A stretch of DNA of 64,000 bases from Rubripirellula sp. (GCA_965216875.1 OZ244207.1:6976001-7040000), one strand, 5' to 3'; positions 1 through 10,480 are shown, counted from the first letter of the stretch. A program made the numbers and translations. Notes: a model not told the origin generated them from the letters alone.

Positions 1-2
1 CC

Positions 3-1268
3 AAAGCGAATCTCGACTTGCACGACACGCATGGTCGAACGCCGATGATGTGGGCCGCACAGAAACGTCAAGCTGCCGTGGTGAGTCAACTGATCAAAGC
101 AGGAGCGGATGTGAACGCGACCGCCAAAGGGGGTTGGACGGCCCTGCGGTATGCCAGGCAAGCTGACGATACGCTCTCTGCCGAACTGCTGATCGCAGCC
201 GGTGCCAAAGATGGGACGAAAGACAAAAACGCAACGCAACCGCGCGATGCGGCTCACGCGCTTTCTGATGTGCATGCGATGTATCAATCGCCACAGCCCT
301 TCATCTCACCAAAGTCATTGCATTGGCAAGACATCCGGCCAACCGAGCTTGACGTCAATGTCCGAGTTCCAGGTCAAACGCATCGTCACGGAAACAACGT
401 GACACTCTCCATCATGATTGACAATGCAACTGGTAAGCCGATTCAAAGTGCACTCACGCACGAGTGGCACGGAGGGCTGTGGCCTCCAACGGATTTGTAT
501 GCTTCGGTGACACCGGTTGGCAGCAACAAGATGGCGGCCTTTGCCCCGGTTTACCTCAATGGTGAAACCGATGGCTCGTCCAAACCGAAAAGCCTCAACG
601 CTGGCAAGCACAGCGACGTCGTCTTACGAATGGATTGGCCCGGTACCGGCTCGGTGCACGGCAGCCCGCTGATGAGTGAAAAACGTGGCAGCAGCTATTT
701 GGTTGCCGTGATGTTGGTTTTCGAAGTTGACGGCAACACCCAGTACACCGTTAGCAAGTTGACGAAAGTGATGCTTGCGAGTGCGAAAAAGGAGGCGTCA
801 AACGATTCGAGCCAAGCTGTTTCGCCGATCTCGCCGAAGGAGGTTGCGCGACGAAAAAAGATCTACAACGAACAGCTTCTTTTTCTTGAGCTTCCTGAAA
901 CCCATTTGCCAACCGGTTTTTCCAAAATCCCACAGTTGCCCGTGGTGGTCCTACCAGGGGCTTCGCCAGCCGATGACGCCTATTTTCGGTTGGTCTCGGC
1001 GTTTGTCGGAGGCATCGAAAAGGTTGGCGGCAAAGCGGACGCAGCACTGATCGCCGGGTGGACCGGCGGGGAAGGTCAAGAGACATCCGAGATCGGAGTC
1101 TATGCGTTACATTTTGAAGACGAGGCCGATGCAAAAGCGCTCGCCCGTGCTGGCCTCGTTCAAAAAGGCAACTTGCTGATGTATTTTTGGCAGGACGAGG
1201 TGGGGGCTGAAGCACTGAAGCGTGTTCGAAATCACTTCGAGCAAAAACCGCTGATTCCAAAGCCGTAG
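3..1268 (+). CDS. Ankyrin-repeat protein with uncharacterised C-terminal domains (5'-partial)
   Basis: Frame is open to the window edge (KANLDLHDTHG...). Ankyrin motifs GRTPMMWAA...GADVNA and GWTALRYA...LLIAAGA. Confidence 0.8.
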   Translation, partial: KANLDLHDTHGRTPMMWAAQKRQAAVVSQLIKAGADVNATAKGGWTALRYARQADDTLSAELLIAAGAKDGTKDKNATQPRDAAHALSDVHAMYQSPQPFISPKSLHWQDIRPTELDVNVRVPGQTHRHGNNVTLSIMIDNATGKPIQSALTHEWHGGLWPPTDLYASVTPVGSNKMAAFAPVYLNGETDGSSKPKSLNAGKHSDVVLRMDWPGTGSVHGSPLMSEKRGSSYLVAVMLVFEVDGNTQYTVSKLTKVMLASAKKEASNDSSQAVSPISPKEVARRKKIYNEQLLFLELPETHLPTGFSKIPQLPVVVLPGASPADDAYFRLVSAFVGGIEKVGGKADAALIAGWTGGEGQETSEIGVYALHFEDEADAKALARAGLVQKGNLLMYFWQDEVGAEALKRVRNHFEQKPLIPKP

Positions 1269-1364
1269 GGTGTGCTCGCACGCAACAAAAAATCAACATC
1301 TGCGGAGTTTGTGCAAGCACACACCGGTCAAGAATCGAGTTGTGCGTGCAAGCACACACCCTAC
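1265..1364. repeat. GTAG-type REP inverted doublet
   Basis: GTAGGGTGTGCTCGCACGCA at 1265 and inverted TGCGTGCAAGCACACACCCTAC ending 1364, with a partial copy at 1311-1325. Confidence 0.7.
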
Positions 1365-1437
1365 TTGGGTGAACCCTGTTTGGGCATTGGTGTCTGCGTC
1401 AGAAACCCCTGTTGGCTCGAACATCTGATACTGACGC

Positions 1438-2361
1438 ATGCTTGCTCTCGTCCTGAACATCTTCTTTGCGTCAGTGTTTACCCTTTGCATCAAATGGGTG
1501 CAGCAGCGAAGACGCGAAGACGTATTTACGGTTGGAGCGATCAACTACATCGTTGCTGGGTTGATGAGTCTTCCCGAGTGCGTCGGGAACCAGCCTGAAA
1601 CGATCAGTCTCAGTGCCGTTTGGACCGGTGCGCTGATGGGCGGGTGTTATTTCATCGCTTACTTCTTTGTCGCACGAGCCATCACGCATGTGGGGGCCGC
1701 GAGTACGACGGGGATCGCCGTGTTGTCGATCTTGGTCCCGATCGTTTGTGGCGTTGCCATCTGGGATGAGCGGCCGAACATCGTGCAGGTCCTTGGTGTG
1801 GTCTTGGCGCTGACGTCGCTGACTTTGATTGGCAGCAATCCCCAGGATGCCGATTCGTCTGGCAAGAGTGACGACTTGCTTGGCGCGGAGGGAGTGTCCA
1901 TGAGCGAGCCACCCAAGCGTGATAAGGACGATCGCAAGGTGATCGTGTTTGTGTTGGTGACGTTTTTTGCTCTCGCCGGGCTCAGCCGACTGGCCCAGGA
2001 GGCGTTCAAACACGTTTCGACGCCGGATCAGCGTCCCATCTTTCTCATCTCGGCGTTCGCGCTGGCCTCCATTCCCTCGGTCGCAATGCTGATTTATCGC
2101 CGCAGGCCTATCCTGCCGGTCGAGGTCGCAATCGGTGTCTTGATGGGGGCGTCGAACATCTTGCAGTCGCACTATATCCTGAAGGCGCTCGAGGTATTTG
2201 ACGGATTCATCGTCTTTCCGGTCGTGAGTGCGGGGAGTTTGATGTTCACAACCGTCGTGGCGACCCGCTTGATGGGCGAACGACTGAGCGGTCGCTCGCG
2301 TAGTGGCATCGTGTTGGCAGTAGCCGCTTTGTTTCTGTTGAACTACCTGCCCACAACCTGA
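1438..2361 (+). CDS. DMT/EamA-family membrane transporter
   Basis: About 10 hydrophobic segments in two repeats, with EamA-like ends (AIWDERPNIVQVLGVVLAL; LMGERLSGRSRSGIVLAV). Confidence 0.8.
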   Translation: MLALVLNIFFASVFTLCIKWVQQRRREDVFTVGAINYIVAGLMSLPECVGNQPETISLSAVWTGALMGGCYFIAYFFVARAITHVGAASTTGIAVLSILVPIVCGVAIWDERPNIVQVLGVVLALTSLTLIGSNPQDADSSGKSDDLLGAEGVSMSEPPKRDKDDRKVIVFVLVTFFALAGLSRLAQEAFKHVSTPDQRPIFLISAFALASIPSVAMLIYRRRPILPVEVAIGVLMGASNILQSHYILKALEVFDGFIVFPVVSAGSLMFTTVVATRLMGERLSGRSRSGIVLAVAALFLLNYLPTT

Positions 2362-2435
2362 TCATCATCCAGCGGTGAATCGGGATCCGCGGAAGGTTGC
2401 AATGCCGAGCGGAACGAAGTTTCAATGGATCACGT

Positions 2436-5400
2436 ATGTTCAACCGATTGGCATTCCAAGCAGCTCGACCGTTACCGCATCGTCACGCGACGTACGTCCT
2501 TGCCGCATTCTTGATCGGCGTCAGTGTTTTCGGTTGCGGGAAGAAGTCGGACGACGGCCAAGCCGGTACGGGTGAGTCGCAAAGCTTGAGTTTGGCTGAG
2601 AAACGTCAGCGAGCCTATGACCTGGCGCGGGTTGGACAGAACGACCAGGCCATGGCGTTGATCCAAGAGCTCATGATTGCGGATCCCGAAGACATGCAGG
2701 CGATGTCGCTGGCAGTTGAGATTCATGCTCGTAGTGGACGCTTTGCAGAGGCTGCCGAGTTGGGGGGGAAGGTCGCGTCACATGATTCGTCGACGGGGCC
2801 CGATCTGCTGGTTCGTGTGTTTGGTTGGCACATGCAACTGCGCGATTTTTCCGCTGCCGAGCGCGCCTTGTTGGCTGCAATCGAATTGAACGGCGACCAC
2901 ATTCAATCACGCCGTTTGCTTGCACAGCTCTACAACGGTCAAGGTCGACGTTTCGAAGCGAGCCGCCACGTTCGCCAATTGATGCGGCTTAGCGTTGCGA
3001 CGCGCGAAGAAGCTTTGAGTTTGATTGATCTCTCCTATCCCTTTCAATTGGTTTCGTACGATCCGCTGATTGACCCGAAAGTGACCACGCTGTTTCTGCT
3101 TGGCAACGCCAAGCGTGACTATTCGGTGCAGCTCAAACGCGACAACGTGCTGGACCTTGTGCGACGCATTCGCAAACGATTCCCCGAAAATGTTTCGGCC
3201 GCTACGTTCGAAGGTCGTGTGCTGATCGAATCGGGTGATGCGGAGCAGTTCGAGTCTTGGCTAGGAGGTCTGCCGAGTGGGGTTGATGAGCATCCCGAAT
3301 ATTGGAGCGTTTTGGGCCAATGGTTGACCTCGATCGACGACCACCCCGGTGCGATTCGTGCGTACAGCGAAGCCGTCCTGCGTGATCCGACCGATCGTAA
3401 TTCTTTGCGTGGCTTGGCGGTTGCGCTCGACGCCGAGGGGCAAGAACAGCATGCGAATCGTTGCCGTGAGAGTTTGGCAACACTCGACAAAGTGTTTCGT
3501 ATTGCGAAGGACGCCGATGCCGAGCAAGCGAAATGGATAGGTGAACAACTTCAAGAGCAGCTTCGCCTCTGGGAATCGGCGGCATGGTTTTTGTATTCGG
3601 CTCAATTGGATGGTTCGATCGCGACCTACCTGCCGCAGTTGCAGGCACGCCATCAACAGGTGCGCGACTGGGAACAAAAAGCGAGTGTTCAGCAGATTGC
3701 TGAGGCACGTCTGGAACGCATTGTGGGTGTCAAGTTGGACCAATGGGAGCTGCCCGATATCGCCAAGGGAATCTCGAAACGCTCGGGTGATGTTGATGGC
3801 ACGGCGTCAAACGTTCTCAAGCTCGCTGAGGTGGCCGCAAGTGTTGGATTGACGCCCGCGTTTGAGATTGGATTCCCACTTGATGGCGGCAAGTTCTTTC
3901 CGCATCAAGTCAATGGCAGCGGGATTGCGGTCGTCGACTACGACCTCGATGGAAAGAGTGATGTTTATTTTGGACAGAACGGAGGGCATCCACTTAAACC
4001 GGAAACGATTCCAGCAAATCAATTGTTCCGGTTACAAGCGGGGCGTTTTCAAGACGTGACGACCGACTCGAATTCGGGAGACCGCGGGTTCGCTCAAGGT
4101 GTGTGCGTTGGCGATATCAACCAGGATGGCTTTCCCGACCTGCTGATTGCCAACATTGGTGTCAACCGTGTGCTGATCAACCAAGGCGACGGCACGTTTC
4201 GGATGGATCCCCTGGTTTATCCGAACGAGTCGAAGTGGACTTCATCGCTCGCGCTCGGCGACCTCAATGGTGATCATGTTCCCGACTTGTTCGAAGTGAA
4301 TTACATCGATGATCCCGATGTGTTTCAAACGCAATGCGATCAAGACTATCTTGCGTGCCAACCGCAGCGATTCCGTGTGGCATCGGACGTTGCCTACACA
4401 GGTGACCCGTCGGGAAGGATGCGGGTGTGGGGCGAAATGACTGATCGCATCGCCAAGACGTCGAGGCTTGGTTTTGGGGCAGTCGTGGCCAACTTTGATC
4501 GCAAGCATGGAAACGATGTCTTCGTGAGCAATGACGCTGACCCTAACAACTATTGGACGAGCCAAGTCGAGGGTGCGTCTCAAGTCGAAGGGGCGACGGG
4601 TGCGTCTCGATTCACTTTGATTGACTCAGCAGATGTCGCGGGATGTGGTGTCGGACGATCAGGCGAAAGCCAGGCGTGTATGGGGATCGCCATGGGCGAC
4701 TTTGATCGCAATCAAACGCTCGATTTGCACGTCACGAACTTTCACAACGAACCGGCGAACCTATTCTTGCAGAATCGATCCGGTTTTTTCTTGGACGATG
4801 CGGCACAGTATCAGCTCTACCAGCCGTCAACCGGCGTGCTCGGGTTCGGAACGCAAGCGGCCGATTTTGACAATGACGGCTGGTTGGATTTGGCCGTTTT
4901 GAATGGGCACGTTTTTGATGCTCGTCGCGAGGGAACGCCGTTTCGAATGTTGCCTCAATTGTTCCGCGGCGGCAAACGTGGGTTTGCTTTGCAGACCCAG
5001 GATGACGACGAAAAACTCGGTTCGTATTGGAATCAGCCGCAACTTGGGCGAGTGCTTGCGACGGTCGATTGGAATCGCGATGGAGCGATCGACCTCTTGG
5101 CCAGTCATCTCGATTGGAGTCCCGCACTGCTTGAGAATCAGACCGCGGTCGGCAACTGGATTCAATTCGAGTTGGTGGGGGTGACGAGTGAACGCGATGC
5201 GATCGGAGCGGAGGTTGCCTTGTCGGCTGGCGATGAGCGTTGGACCGGGTGGCAGACCGGAGGTGACGGCTTGATGGGAACGAACGAGCCGGTCATTCAC
5301 ATTGGACTTGGAACGACCACATCGATAGATCCGATCACCATTGCTTGGCCGAGCGGAAAGTCGCAAACCGTCGAAGTGACAGACGTGAACTGCCGCTATT

Positions 5401-5438
5401 TGGTCGTCGAAGGGCAACAGGCAATGAAACGCCACTGA
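2436..5438 (+). CDS. TPR + FG-GAP + ASPIC/UnbV (CRTAC1-like) lipoprotein, subtype A
   Basis: Lipobox VFGC. N-terminal helical TPR region. Repeated DxDxDGxxD motifs (DYDLDGKSD, DINQDGFPD, DFDNDGWLD). C-terminal ERDAIGA...GGDG...HIGLG...WPSG. ATG 2436 chosen; ORF opens at 2397. Confidence 0.85.
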   Translation: MFNRLAFQAARPLPHRHATYVLAAFLIGVSVFGCGKKSDDGQAGTGESQSLSLAEKRQRAYDLARVGQNDQAMALIQELMIADPEDMQAMSLAVEIHARSGRFAEAAELGGKVASHDSSTGPDLLVRVFGWHMQLRDFSAAERALLAAIELNGDHIQSRRLLAQLYNGQGRRFEASRHVRQLMRLSVATREEALSLIDLSYPFQLVSYDPLIDPKVTTLFLLGNAKRDYSVQLKRDNVLDLVRRIRKRFPENVSAATFEGRVLIESGDAEQFESWLGGLPSGVDEHPEYWSVLGQWLTSIDDHPGAIRAYSEAVLRDPTDRNSLRGLAVALDAEGQEQHANRCRESLATLDKVFRIAKDADAEQAKWIGEQLQEQLRLWESAAWFLYSAQLDGSIATYLPQLQARHQQVRDWEQKASVQQIAEARLERIVGVKLDQWELPDIAKGISKRSGDVDGTASNVLKLAEVAASVGLTPAFEIGFPLDGGKFFPHQVNGSGIAVVDYDLDGKSDVYFGQNGGHPLKPETIPANQLFRLQAGRFQDVTTDSNSGDRGFAQGVCVGDINQDGFPDLLIANIGVNRVLINQGDGTFRMDPLVYPNESKWTSSLALGDLNGDHVPDLFEVNYIDDPDVFQTQCDQDYLACQPQRFRVASDVAYTGDPSGRMRVWGEMTDRIAKTSRLGFGAVVANFDRKHGNDVFVSNDADPNNYWTSQVEGASQVEGATGASRFTLIDSADVAGCGVGRSGESQACMGIAMGDFDRNQTLDLHVTNFHNEPANLFLQNRSGFFLDDAAQYQLYQPSTGVLGFGTQAADFDNDGWLDLAVLNGHVFDARREGTPFRMLPQLFRGGKRGFALQTQDDDEKLGSYWNQPQLGRVLATVDWNRDGAIDLLASHLDWSPALLENQTAVGNWIQFELVGVTSERDAIGAEVALSAGDERWTGWQTGGDGLMGTNEPVIHIGLGTTTSIDPITIAWPSGKSQTVEVTDVNCRYLVVEGQQAMKRH

Positions 5439-5439
5439 T

Positions 5440-8403
5440 TCAGTGGTCGATGTGTTCGCCCAACTGAAACGCCTCGTTTTGGCCCTCGACCACGAGATAG
5501 TCGGCACCCGAGGTGATGGAGCCCAGTTTGGAAGTGACGCCTGAGGGCCACTCGATTTCGACCGACTCGAGTTCGAAGTGGTCGCCCGTTCCGAGCGTGA
5601 TGCGTCGCTGGTTGCTGCACATGTACCCATCGCCGGCGGTCAGTTGAGCGTGGAGCGTTCTGCCTGCGACCTTCGCACTCAGTTTCGCGCCGATTGCATC
5701 ACGCTGAGTCGTGGTGGCCTGAAGTGTGAAGGAGACGGAATTGCCGGCCCTCTCGGTTTGGTTGACCAGCAACGCGACGGGATCGTACAGGTGACTAATG
5801 GCGATGTCGCTGCGTCCGTCACGGTTGATGTCGCAGCTGACCAGAGCTCGGCCAAGGTGATCGGCAGAGAAATACTGACCCAGCTGAGTGCGGTCGACTT
5901 CTTCGTAGCGTTTCTGTTGGTTCATCGAGAAGAGTTGGGGACGCATGCGATACCCAACGTCGTCGCGCTGGACGTCATCAACATGTCCGTTGGCGACCAT
6001 CAGCTCGAGCGTTCCGTTATTGTCGAAGTCGCACCAGTCCGTTCCAAAGCCAAGCAACTTCATCGAGGGTGCAGCCAGTCCTGTTTGGTACGAACGATCG
6101 CGCCACAGACCGGGGGCAACTTGTTCGTAGTAGGTGTTGTGGTCGTCGGCAAAGTGCGTCAAGAAAAAGTCGGTGTCGCCGTCTTGGTCAGGATCGGCAG
6201 CGGCCATTCCCATCGAGGCTTGTGAATTGCTTTGAGCGTTAAAACCGAGACCGCGGATGGCTGCCAAGTCAACGAGCCGAAACCCGCTGTCTGAAGTCGA
6301 TGGCGACCAAAGGTGATTCACTGTCATGTCGTTGGCGACATAAACATCCAATCCCGCTCTTTGGTCGAATTGTCCAACCACGACGCCTAGGCCACGGCCG
6401 GGCGAGGTTTGCTCCATCCAGTTTGAAGTCATTTCTTCAAAAGTTCCGTCCGGTTTGCCGCGCCAAACGCGATCGATCTGGGCGTCAAATTCGAGAGGTG
6501 GGCAGGTCGAGAGCAATCCTTTCTTGTTTCGACAAGGTTTGATGTAGGGTGCTTCGCCACCGCAGTAGTTGATCTCGAAAAGGTCTGCGATTGCATCCCC
6601 ATCAAAATCGGCCATCACGACAGATGTCGTCCAATCCTTGGAAGTGATCTTGGCATCGACTTCACTGAAGGTGCCGTCACCGTTGTTGCGATACAGTCGA
6701 TTGCGTCCGATGTTGGCATCAAAAAGATCAGGGAACCCGTCGCTGTTGTAGTCGCCGACAGCGATTCCATGAGAGAATCCAAAGTCGTTGTAGCCAGCAA
6801 CGGACGCAATGCTTTTGAATTTGCCGTCCAGATTCATGAACAACGCGTTGGCAGAGGAATCGACTTGATTCGGTTTTCCGTCAAGCATGGCGGCCGCGAT
6901 GTCGGGCCAACCATCAAGGTTGAAGTCGATGACCGAGACACCACCGCCGACGCTTTGATAGATCCAATGCCCCTCTTTGATCGCTGACGCGGCAATCTCG
7001 CAGGTGTGAATGAGTCCGCGTTTGTTTGCCTGGTCGCGAAAAACGATGCTCGCAGGTTGTGAGAGTGGTTTGTGTGCTGCGACCTCGACGTTTGCATTCC
7101 AGTTGACAGGTTGCAAATCACTCAAATCGATCCTGGCTGCGGTCGTGTATTGGGGGCTTTGGATGGGGGTCTGCAGGCTTAGCTTTTGGTGGATCGCACG
7201 GTGCTTGTCGCTTGCATCGGCGACCGGGTCCTCGGCCAATGAGGTGGCATACCGCGCCCACGCTTCGGCTTCCCAGAGACGACCTAGATCAACCAGTGCA
7301 TTTGCAACGGCCATCGCCGCAGTTTGCGATTGGCTCTTGCGTTCCAGGTGTGTTTCGACAGCGTCTCCCAGGATCGTTTGTAGCGACAAGATTTGCTCGG
7401 CTGCTGCTGCATCCTCTCTGCGATCAAGTTGGCTCAGGCAGAGCACCAATCCGCTGAGAGCTTCGGGCGGCGGCGCTGGGGAGCGAGCCATGCATTCCCA
7501 ATAGCACCGTGCGGCTTGCTCGAATTGTCTTTGTTGGCTGGCCCAAAGCCCAGCGACCAACCAAAATTCGGCTTCCTGAATCGCCTCAGCAGGCAGCTTC
7601 TTTTGCCAATCGGTGATCAGCGGGTCGCCCATTTCAGCTAAGGCTCGCCCATACAGCATTTGGGCAGGCAGAAAGTCAGGATGTTTGGCGACGACCGGTC
7701 CGAGTCGCTCCTTGACCGCATTCCACTGGACCGCTCTTGCGTCTGCTAATGCCAGGCCCAAGCTCGGCCGCAGGTTTTGATCCGACACAAGCTGCTCGCA
7801 CATGGTTGTGTCGGGTTGCACGCGCGATGGGCTGGCGAGCACCAGCAGCGAATCGGCGTCAGCCATTTGTCGCTGCAACAACCATTGAAGCGGTTCAATC
7901 GCTTCGTTGGTGATTCCCAACATCGTGGCGAGTCCAGCCAGGTCGTACCGCGGATTGGGTTGATTGGGGAACTGCTCAATCGCCTGCTGCAGCACGGCGA
8001 CGGCAGCGAAAGGTTTGCCGCCACCGACAAACGCTTGTGCCTGCTTGTCGAACAGACTGAGGCTGGGGTCGGGCGAACTGTCCCGAGCAGCGGCATACAT
8101 CTCGGCGGCATCGAGGTGTTTGCGTTTTTGAGTCGCAATGTCTCCTGCAAACTCCAATGCAAAGGCGTCGTTGGGAGAGGTCAGCAGGTGCTGGGTGATT
8201 TCGTTTTCCGCTGCGTCGAAGTCGCCAGCAACGGCTGCTTTGCGCGCTGCCGCCAAGTGATCGACGGTGTCGGGTTCAACTGTCCTGTTCCCTGCCGGTA
8301 ATTTGACTGGCTGCGGCGATGTGTCCTGCTTGCCACATCCAGCGAACGAGGGGAGCGTACTCAGAAAAAAAGTGATGAGAAAATGTCGTAAAAAGCGGTG
8401 CAT
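5440..8403 (-). CDS. TPR + FG-GAP + ASPIC/UnbV lipoprotein, subtype B
   Basis: Lipobox FAGC, TPRs, FG-GAP motifs (DFNLDGWPD, DYNSDGFPD, DFDNNG), ASPIC tail RDAIGA...AGDGYMCSNQ...EWPSG. Confidence 0.85.
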   Translation of the reverse strand: MHRFLRHFLITFFLSTLPSFAGCGKQDTSPQPVKLPAGNRTVEPDTVDHLAAARKAAVAGDFDAAENEITQHLLTSPNDAFALEFAGDIATQKRKHLDAAEMYAAARDSSPDPSLSLFDKQAQAFVGGGKPFAAVAVLQQAIEQFPNQPNPRYDLAGLATMLGITNEAIEPLQWLLQRQMADADSLLVLASPSRVQPDTTMCEQLVSDQNLRPSLGLALADARAVQWNAVKERLGPVVAKHPDFLPAQMLYGRALAEMGDPLITDWQKKLPAEAIQEAEFWLVAGLWASQQRQFEQAARCYWECMARSPAPPPEALSGLVLCLSQLDRREDAAAAEQILSLQTILGDAVETHLERKSQSQTAAMAVANALVDLGRLWEAEAWARYATSLAEDPVADASDKHRAIHQKLSLQTPIQSPQYTTAARIDLSDLQPVNWNANVEVAAHKPLSQPASIVFRDQANKRGLIHTCEIAASAIKEGHWIYQSVGGGVSVIDFNLDGWPDIAAAMLDGKPNQVDSSANALFMNLDGKFKSIASVAGYNDFGFSHGIAVGDYNSDGFPDLFDANIGRNRLYRNNGDGTFSEVDAKITSKDWTTSVVMADFDGDAIADLFEINYCGGEAPYIKPCRNKKGLLSTCPPLEFDAQIDRVWRGKPDGTFEEMTSNWMEQTSPGRGLGVVVGQFDQRAGLDVYVANDMTVNHLWSPSTSDSGFRLVDLAAIRGLGFNAQSNSQASMGMAAADPDQDGDTDFFLTHFADDHNTYYEQVAPGLWRDRSYQTGLAAPSMKLLGFGTDWCDFDNNGTLELMVANGHVDDVQRDDVGYRMRPQLFSMNQQKRYEEVDRTQLGQYFSADHLGRALVSCDINRDGRSDIAISHLYDPVALLVNQTERAGNSVSFTLQATTTQRDAIGAKLSAKVAGRTLHAQLTAGDGYMCSNQRRITLGTGDHFELESVEIEWPSGVTSKLGSITSGADYLVVEGQNEAFQLGEHIDH

Positions 8404-8575
8404 CGAGGCAGAGTTTTGTCAGGAATGACGCGTTGCAATTTGGTAGCGGGATTGGGTGGCGAAGCGTTTGTTGCCGTGCCGATGTCAGAAATCCGCGAAA
8501 GTACTTGACCTCCACAGCACCGTAAAAGACACTTCTAGGTCCCAAATCCTACCGTTCTCTTACTCTGAGACCATT

Positions 8576-8770
8576 ATGACCAAGAAAACTTTCTCATTCT
8601 TTGCCGCACTCGCTCTCGTTAGCACCATGACCTTCACCGGTTGCTCGAACACCGGCCCAGCTCCCGAGCCAGAGACCACTGCTCTGACTGAAGAGGAAAT
8701 CCAGGAAATGGCTGACTACGAAGCCGAGCAAGAGAAAAACGCACAGCGGATGCGCGAGCAAGGCAACTAG
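8576..8770 (+). CDS. Small acidic lipoprotein (64 aa) preceding the DUF1559 genes
   Basis: MTKKTFSFFAALALVSTMTFTGC signal with lipobox, then a Pro/Thr linker and a Glu-rich helix. Confidence 0.8.
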   Translation: MTKKTFSFFAALALVSTMTFTGCSNTGPAPEPETTALTEEEIQEMADYEAEQEKNAQRMREQGN

Positions 8771-8836
8771 CACGTTTTTTGATCTGATTCACCACCCCCT
8801 CTGTTTGAGGGTGTGGAATTTTCTTCCCAAAAAACG

Positions 8837-8866
8837 TTGAATCTTACACAGCATAGCATTTATAGT
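8837..8866 (+). promoter_or_regulatory. sigma70-like promoter of DUF1559 gene 1
   Basis: TTGAAT-N18-TATAGT, with a paralogous site upstream of gene 2. Confidence 0.65.
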
Positions 8867-8931
8867 ACGGAACTCGGCGCCATGCGCAAGCGCCGTGTTT
8901 TTATTGTTTTCTCGATTCGGGAGTTTCTTTT

Positions 8932-10197
8932 ATGAGAAATCCAACCCAACGTAGCGGTTTCACGCTCGTTGAATTGCTGGTGGTGATTGCCATCATCGGC
9001 GTCCTTGTTGGCCTGCTATTGCCGGCCGTCCAGGCAGCTCGCGAAGCTGCTCGTCGTATGAGTTGTAGTAACAACTTCAAGCAAATTGGTCTTGGTCTGC
9101 ACAACTATCACTCGGCACACAAAAACTTGCCGATGAATGATGGCGGAACTCACCAATTGCGAATCAACGGCGTCAATCAAAGCGAAGGACCTATTCCTAC
9201 CAATCGCCACGACTTGAGCTGGTTGGTTCCGATCCTTCCCTACATCGAGCAACAAGCTCTTTGGGAAAAGATTTCGAACCCTTACGGTTTTGACCGTGAA
9301 AACCGTCCTTTGACTGGCAACCTGTACCCAGCCATGGGGCCTCGCCCTTGGGACCGCGGGTATCGTCCTTGGTTGACACAAGTTCCTACCTACCGTTGTC
9401 CCAGTGACCCTGCGACACCAGGTTTGAACGCTCTTGCTTACACCAACTACTCCTGCTGCACCGGTGATGCTGTCTTCGAGCAGCAGCACTCGGGTGTTGA
9501 GAACAATGGTGTTGGTAATGGCAATGGTACTTGGGGACAAGATGGTGCTCGTCGGTGGGCACGTGGTGTCTTCCACAACCGCCACTTCACCAAGTTCCGT
9601 GACATCACCGATGGTTTGGCCAATACCATCATGTGTGCTGAGAACATGTGCTGGAATCGCGACCGCGATATTCGTACGACATGTTTGAACCTGCAGGACG
9701 GAAATCCAGGTGGTGCTGGTAACCAATCTGCCGATGCTCCGCCATCGACATGGCAGCAATTCCAGGACCCTGAGCGTCCAATCCAATGGTTGCCAGCCAA
9801 CGGCACGCCAAGTGCGCCGATTGAGCAGGGTGCGAACCAATCGGACCGTCACCGCGGTATGCGATGGACCGATGGTCGACCACAGTACGCTCACGTGCAG
9901 ACGATTCGTCCGCCTAACAGCTACGGTTGTGTCACCCGTTGGGAAGGTAACTTCGGTATCTACAGTGCCTCGAGCCGACACCAAGGTGGTGCCCACGTCT
10001 TGATGGCTGACGGCGCAGTTATCTTCATTACCGACTCGATCGATGCCGGTGACCAAGAGCATGTCCCTTACGGACGTGACAACGGTGATGGTCTCGGTGC
10101 AAACGGTGGTGCGGGTAAGAAGAGCCCCTACGGTCTTTGGGGTGCACTCGGCACCAAAGGCAGTGGCGAAGTGGTTGAAGAAGAGCTCAACCAGTAG
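8932..10197 (+). CDS. DUF1559 (SBP_bac_10) prepilin-type protein, copy 1
   Basis: RSG|FTLVELLVVIAIIGVLVGLLLPAVQAAREAARRMSCSNN N-terminus, YRCPSD, FRDITDGLANT, H-X9-DG motif HQGGAHVLMADG. Confidence 0.95.
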   Translation: MRNPTQRSGFTLVELLVVIAIIGVLVGLLLPAVQAAREAARRMSCSNNFKQIGLGLHNYHSAHKNLPMNDGGTHQLRINGVNQSEGPIPTNRHDLSWLVPILPYIEQQALWEKISNPYGFDRENRPLTGNLYPAMGPRPWDRGYRPWLTQVPTYRCPSDPATPGLNALAYTNYSCCTGDAVFEQQHSGVENNGVGNGNGTWGQDGARRWARGVFHNRHFTKFRDITDGLANTIMCAENMCWNRDRDIRTTCLNLQDGNPGGAGNQSADAPPSTWQQFQDPERPIQWLPANGTPSAPIEQGANQSDRHRGMRWTDGRPQYAHVQTIRPPNSYGCVTRWEGNFGIYSASSRHQGGAHVLMADGAVIFITDSIDAGDQEHVPYGRDNGDGLGANGGAGKKSPYGLWGALGTKGSGEVVEEELNQ

Positions 10198-10225
10198 CTC
10201 CAAACCTGCTACCTGACTCATTGCG

Positions 10226-10260
10226 AAGCGGGTGTGGCGCCAGCCACACCCGCTTTTTTT
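10226..10260 (+). terminator. Rho-independent terminator
   Basis: AAGCGGGTGTGGC-gcca-GCCACACCCGCTT followed by a T run. Confidence 0.9.
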
Positions 10261-10384
10261 GTGCCTGTAGTGTTGGGGCAATCGAAGGAGCGGACCGCTC
10301 TGATTGGCTCTAGCGGTTCCTGTCGGTAGGGGGGCTGGGGTTACCTTGCAGTCTGTTTGTGGGATGTTTTCTCACGAAGATTTG

Positions 10385-10414
10385 TTGATTCTGACCCCGC
10401 CTTGCGCTTATCGT
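10385..10414 (+). promoter_or_regulatory. sigma70-like promoter of DUF1559 gene 2
   Basis: TTGATT-N18-TATCGT followed by ACG, matching the gene 1 promoter. Confidence 0.6.
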
Positions 10415-10480
10415 ACGAGGGTTGGCGTAATTTAATCTCGCCTTACCTTTATCTTCCCTTCCCTTTCATGAGTTCCTTTC

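Noticed and set aside
4561..4610. SQVEGA tandem duplication (also LPDE repeats near 12090-12145 and PANPG near 29715-29750)
   Set aside because: Short in-frame slippage in loops or linkers with no evidence of function.
8505..8533. Promoter TTGACC-N17-GACACT for the small lipoprotein
   Set aside because: The -10 match is weak and has no independent support, so it is not called.
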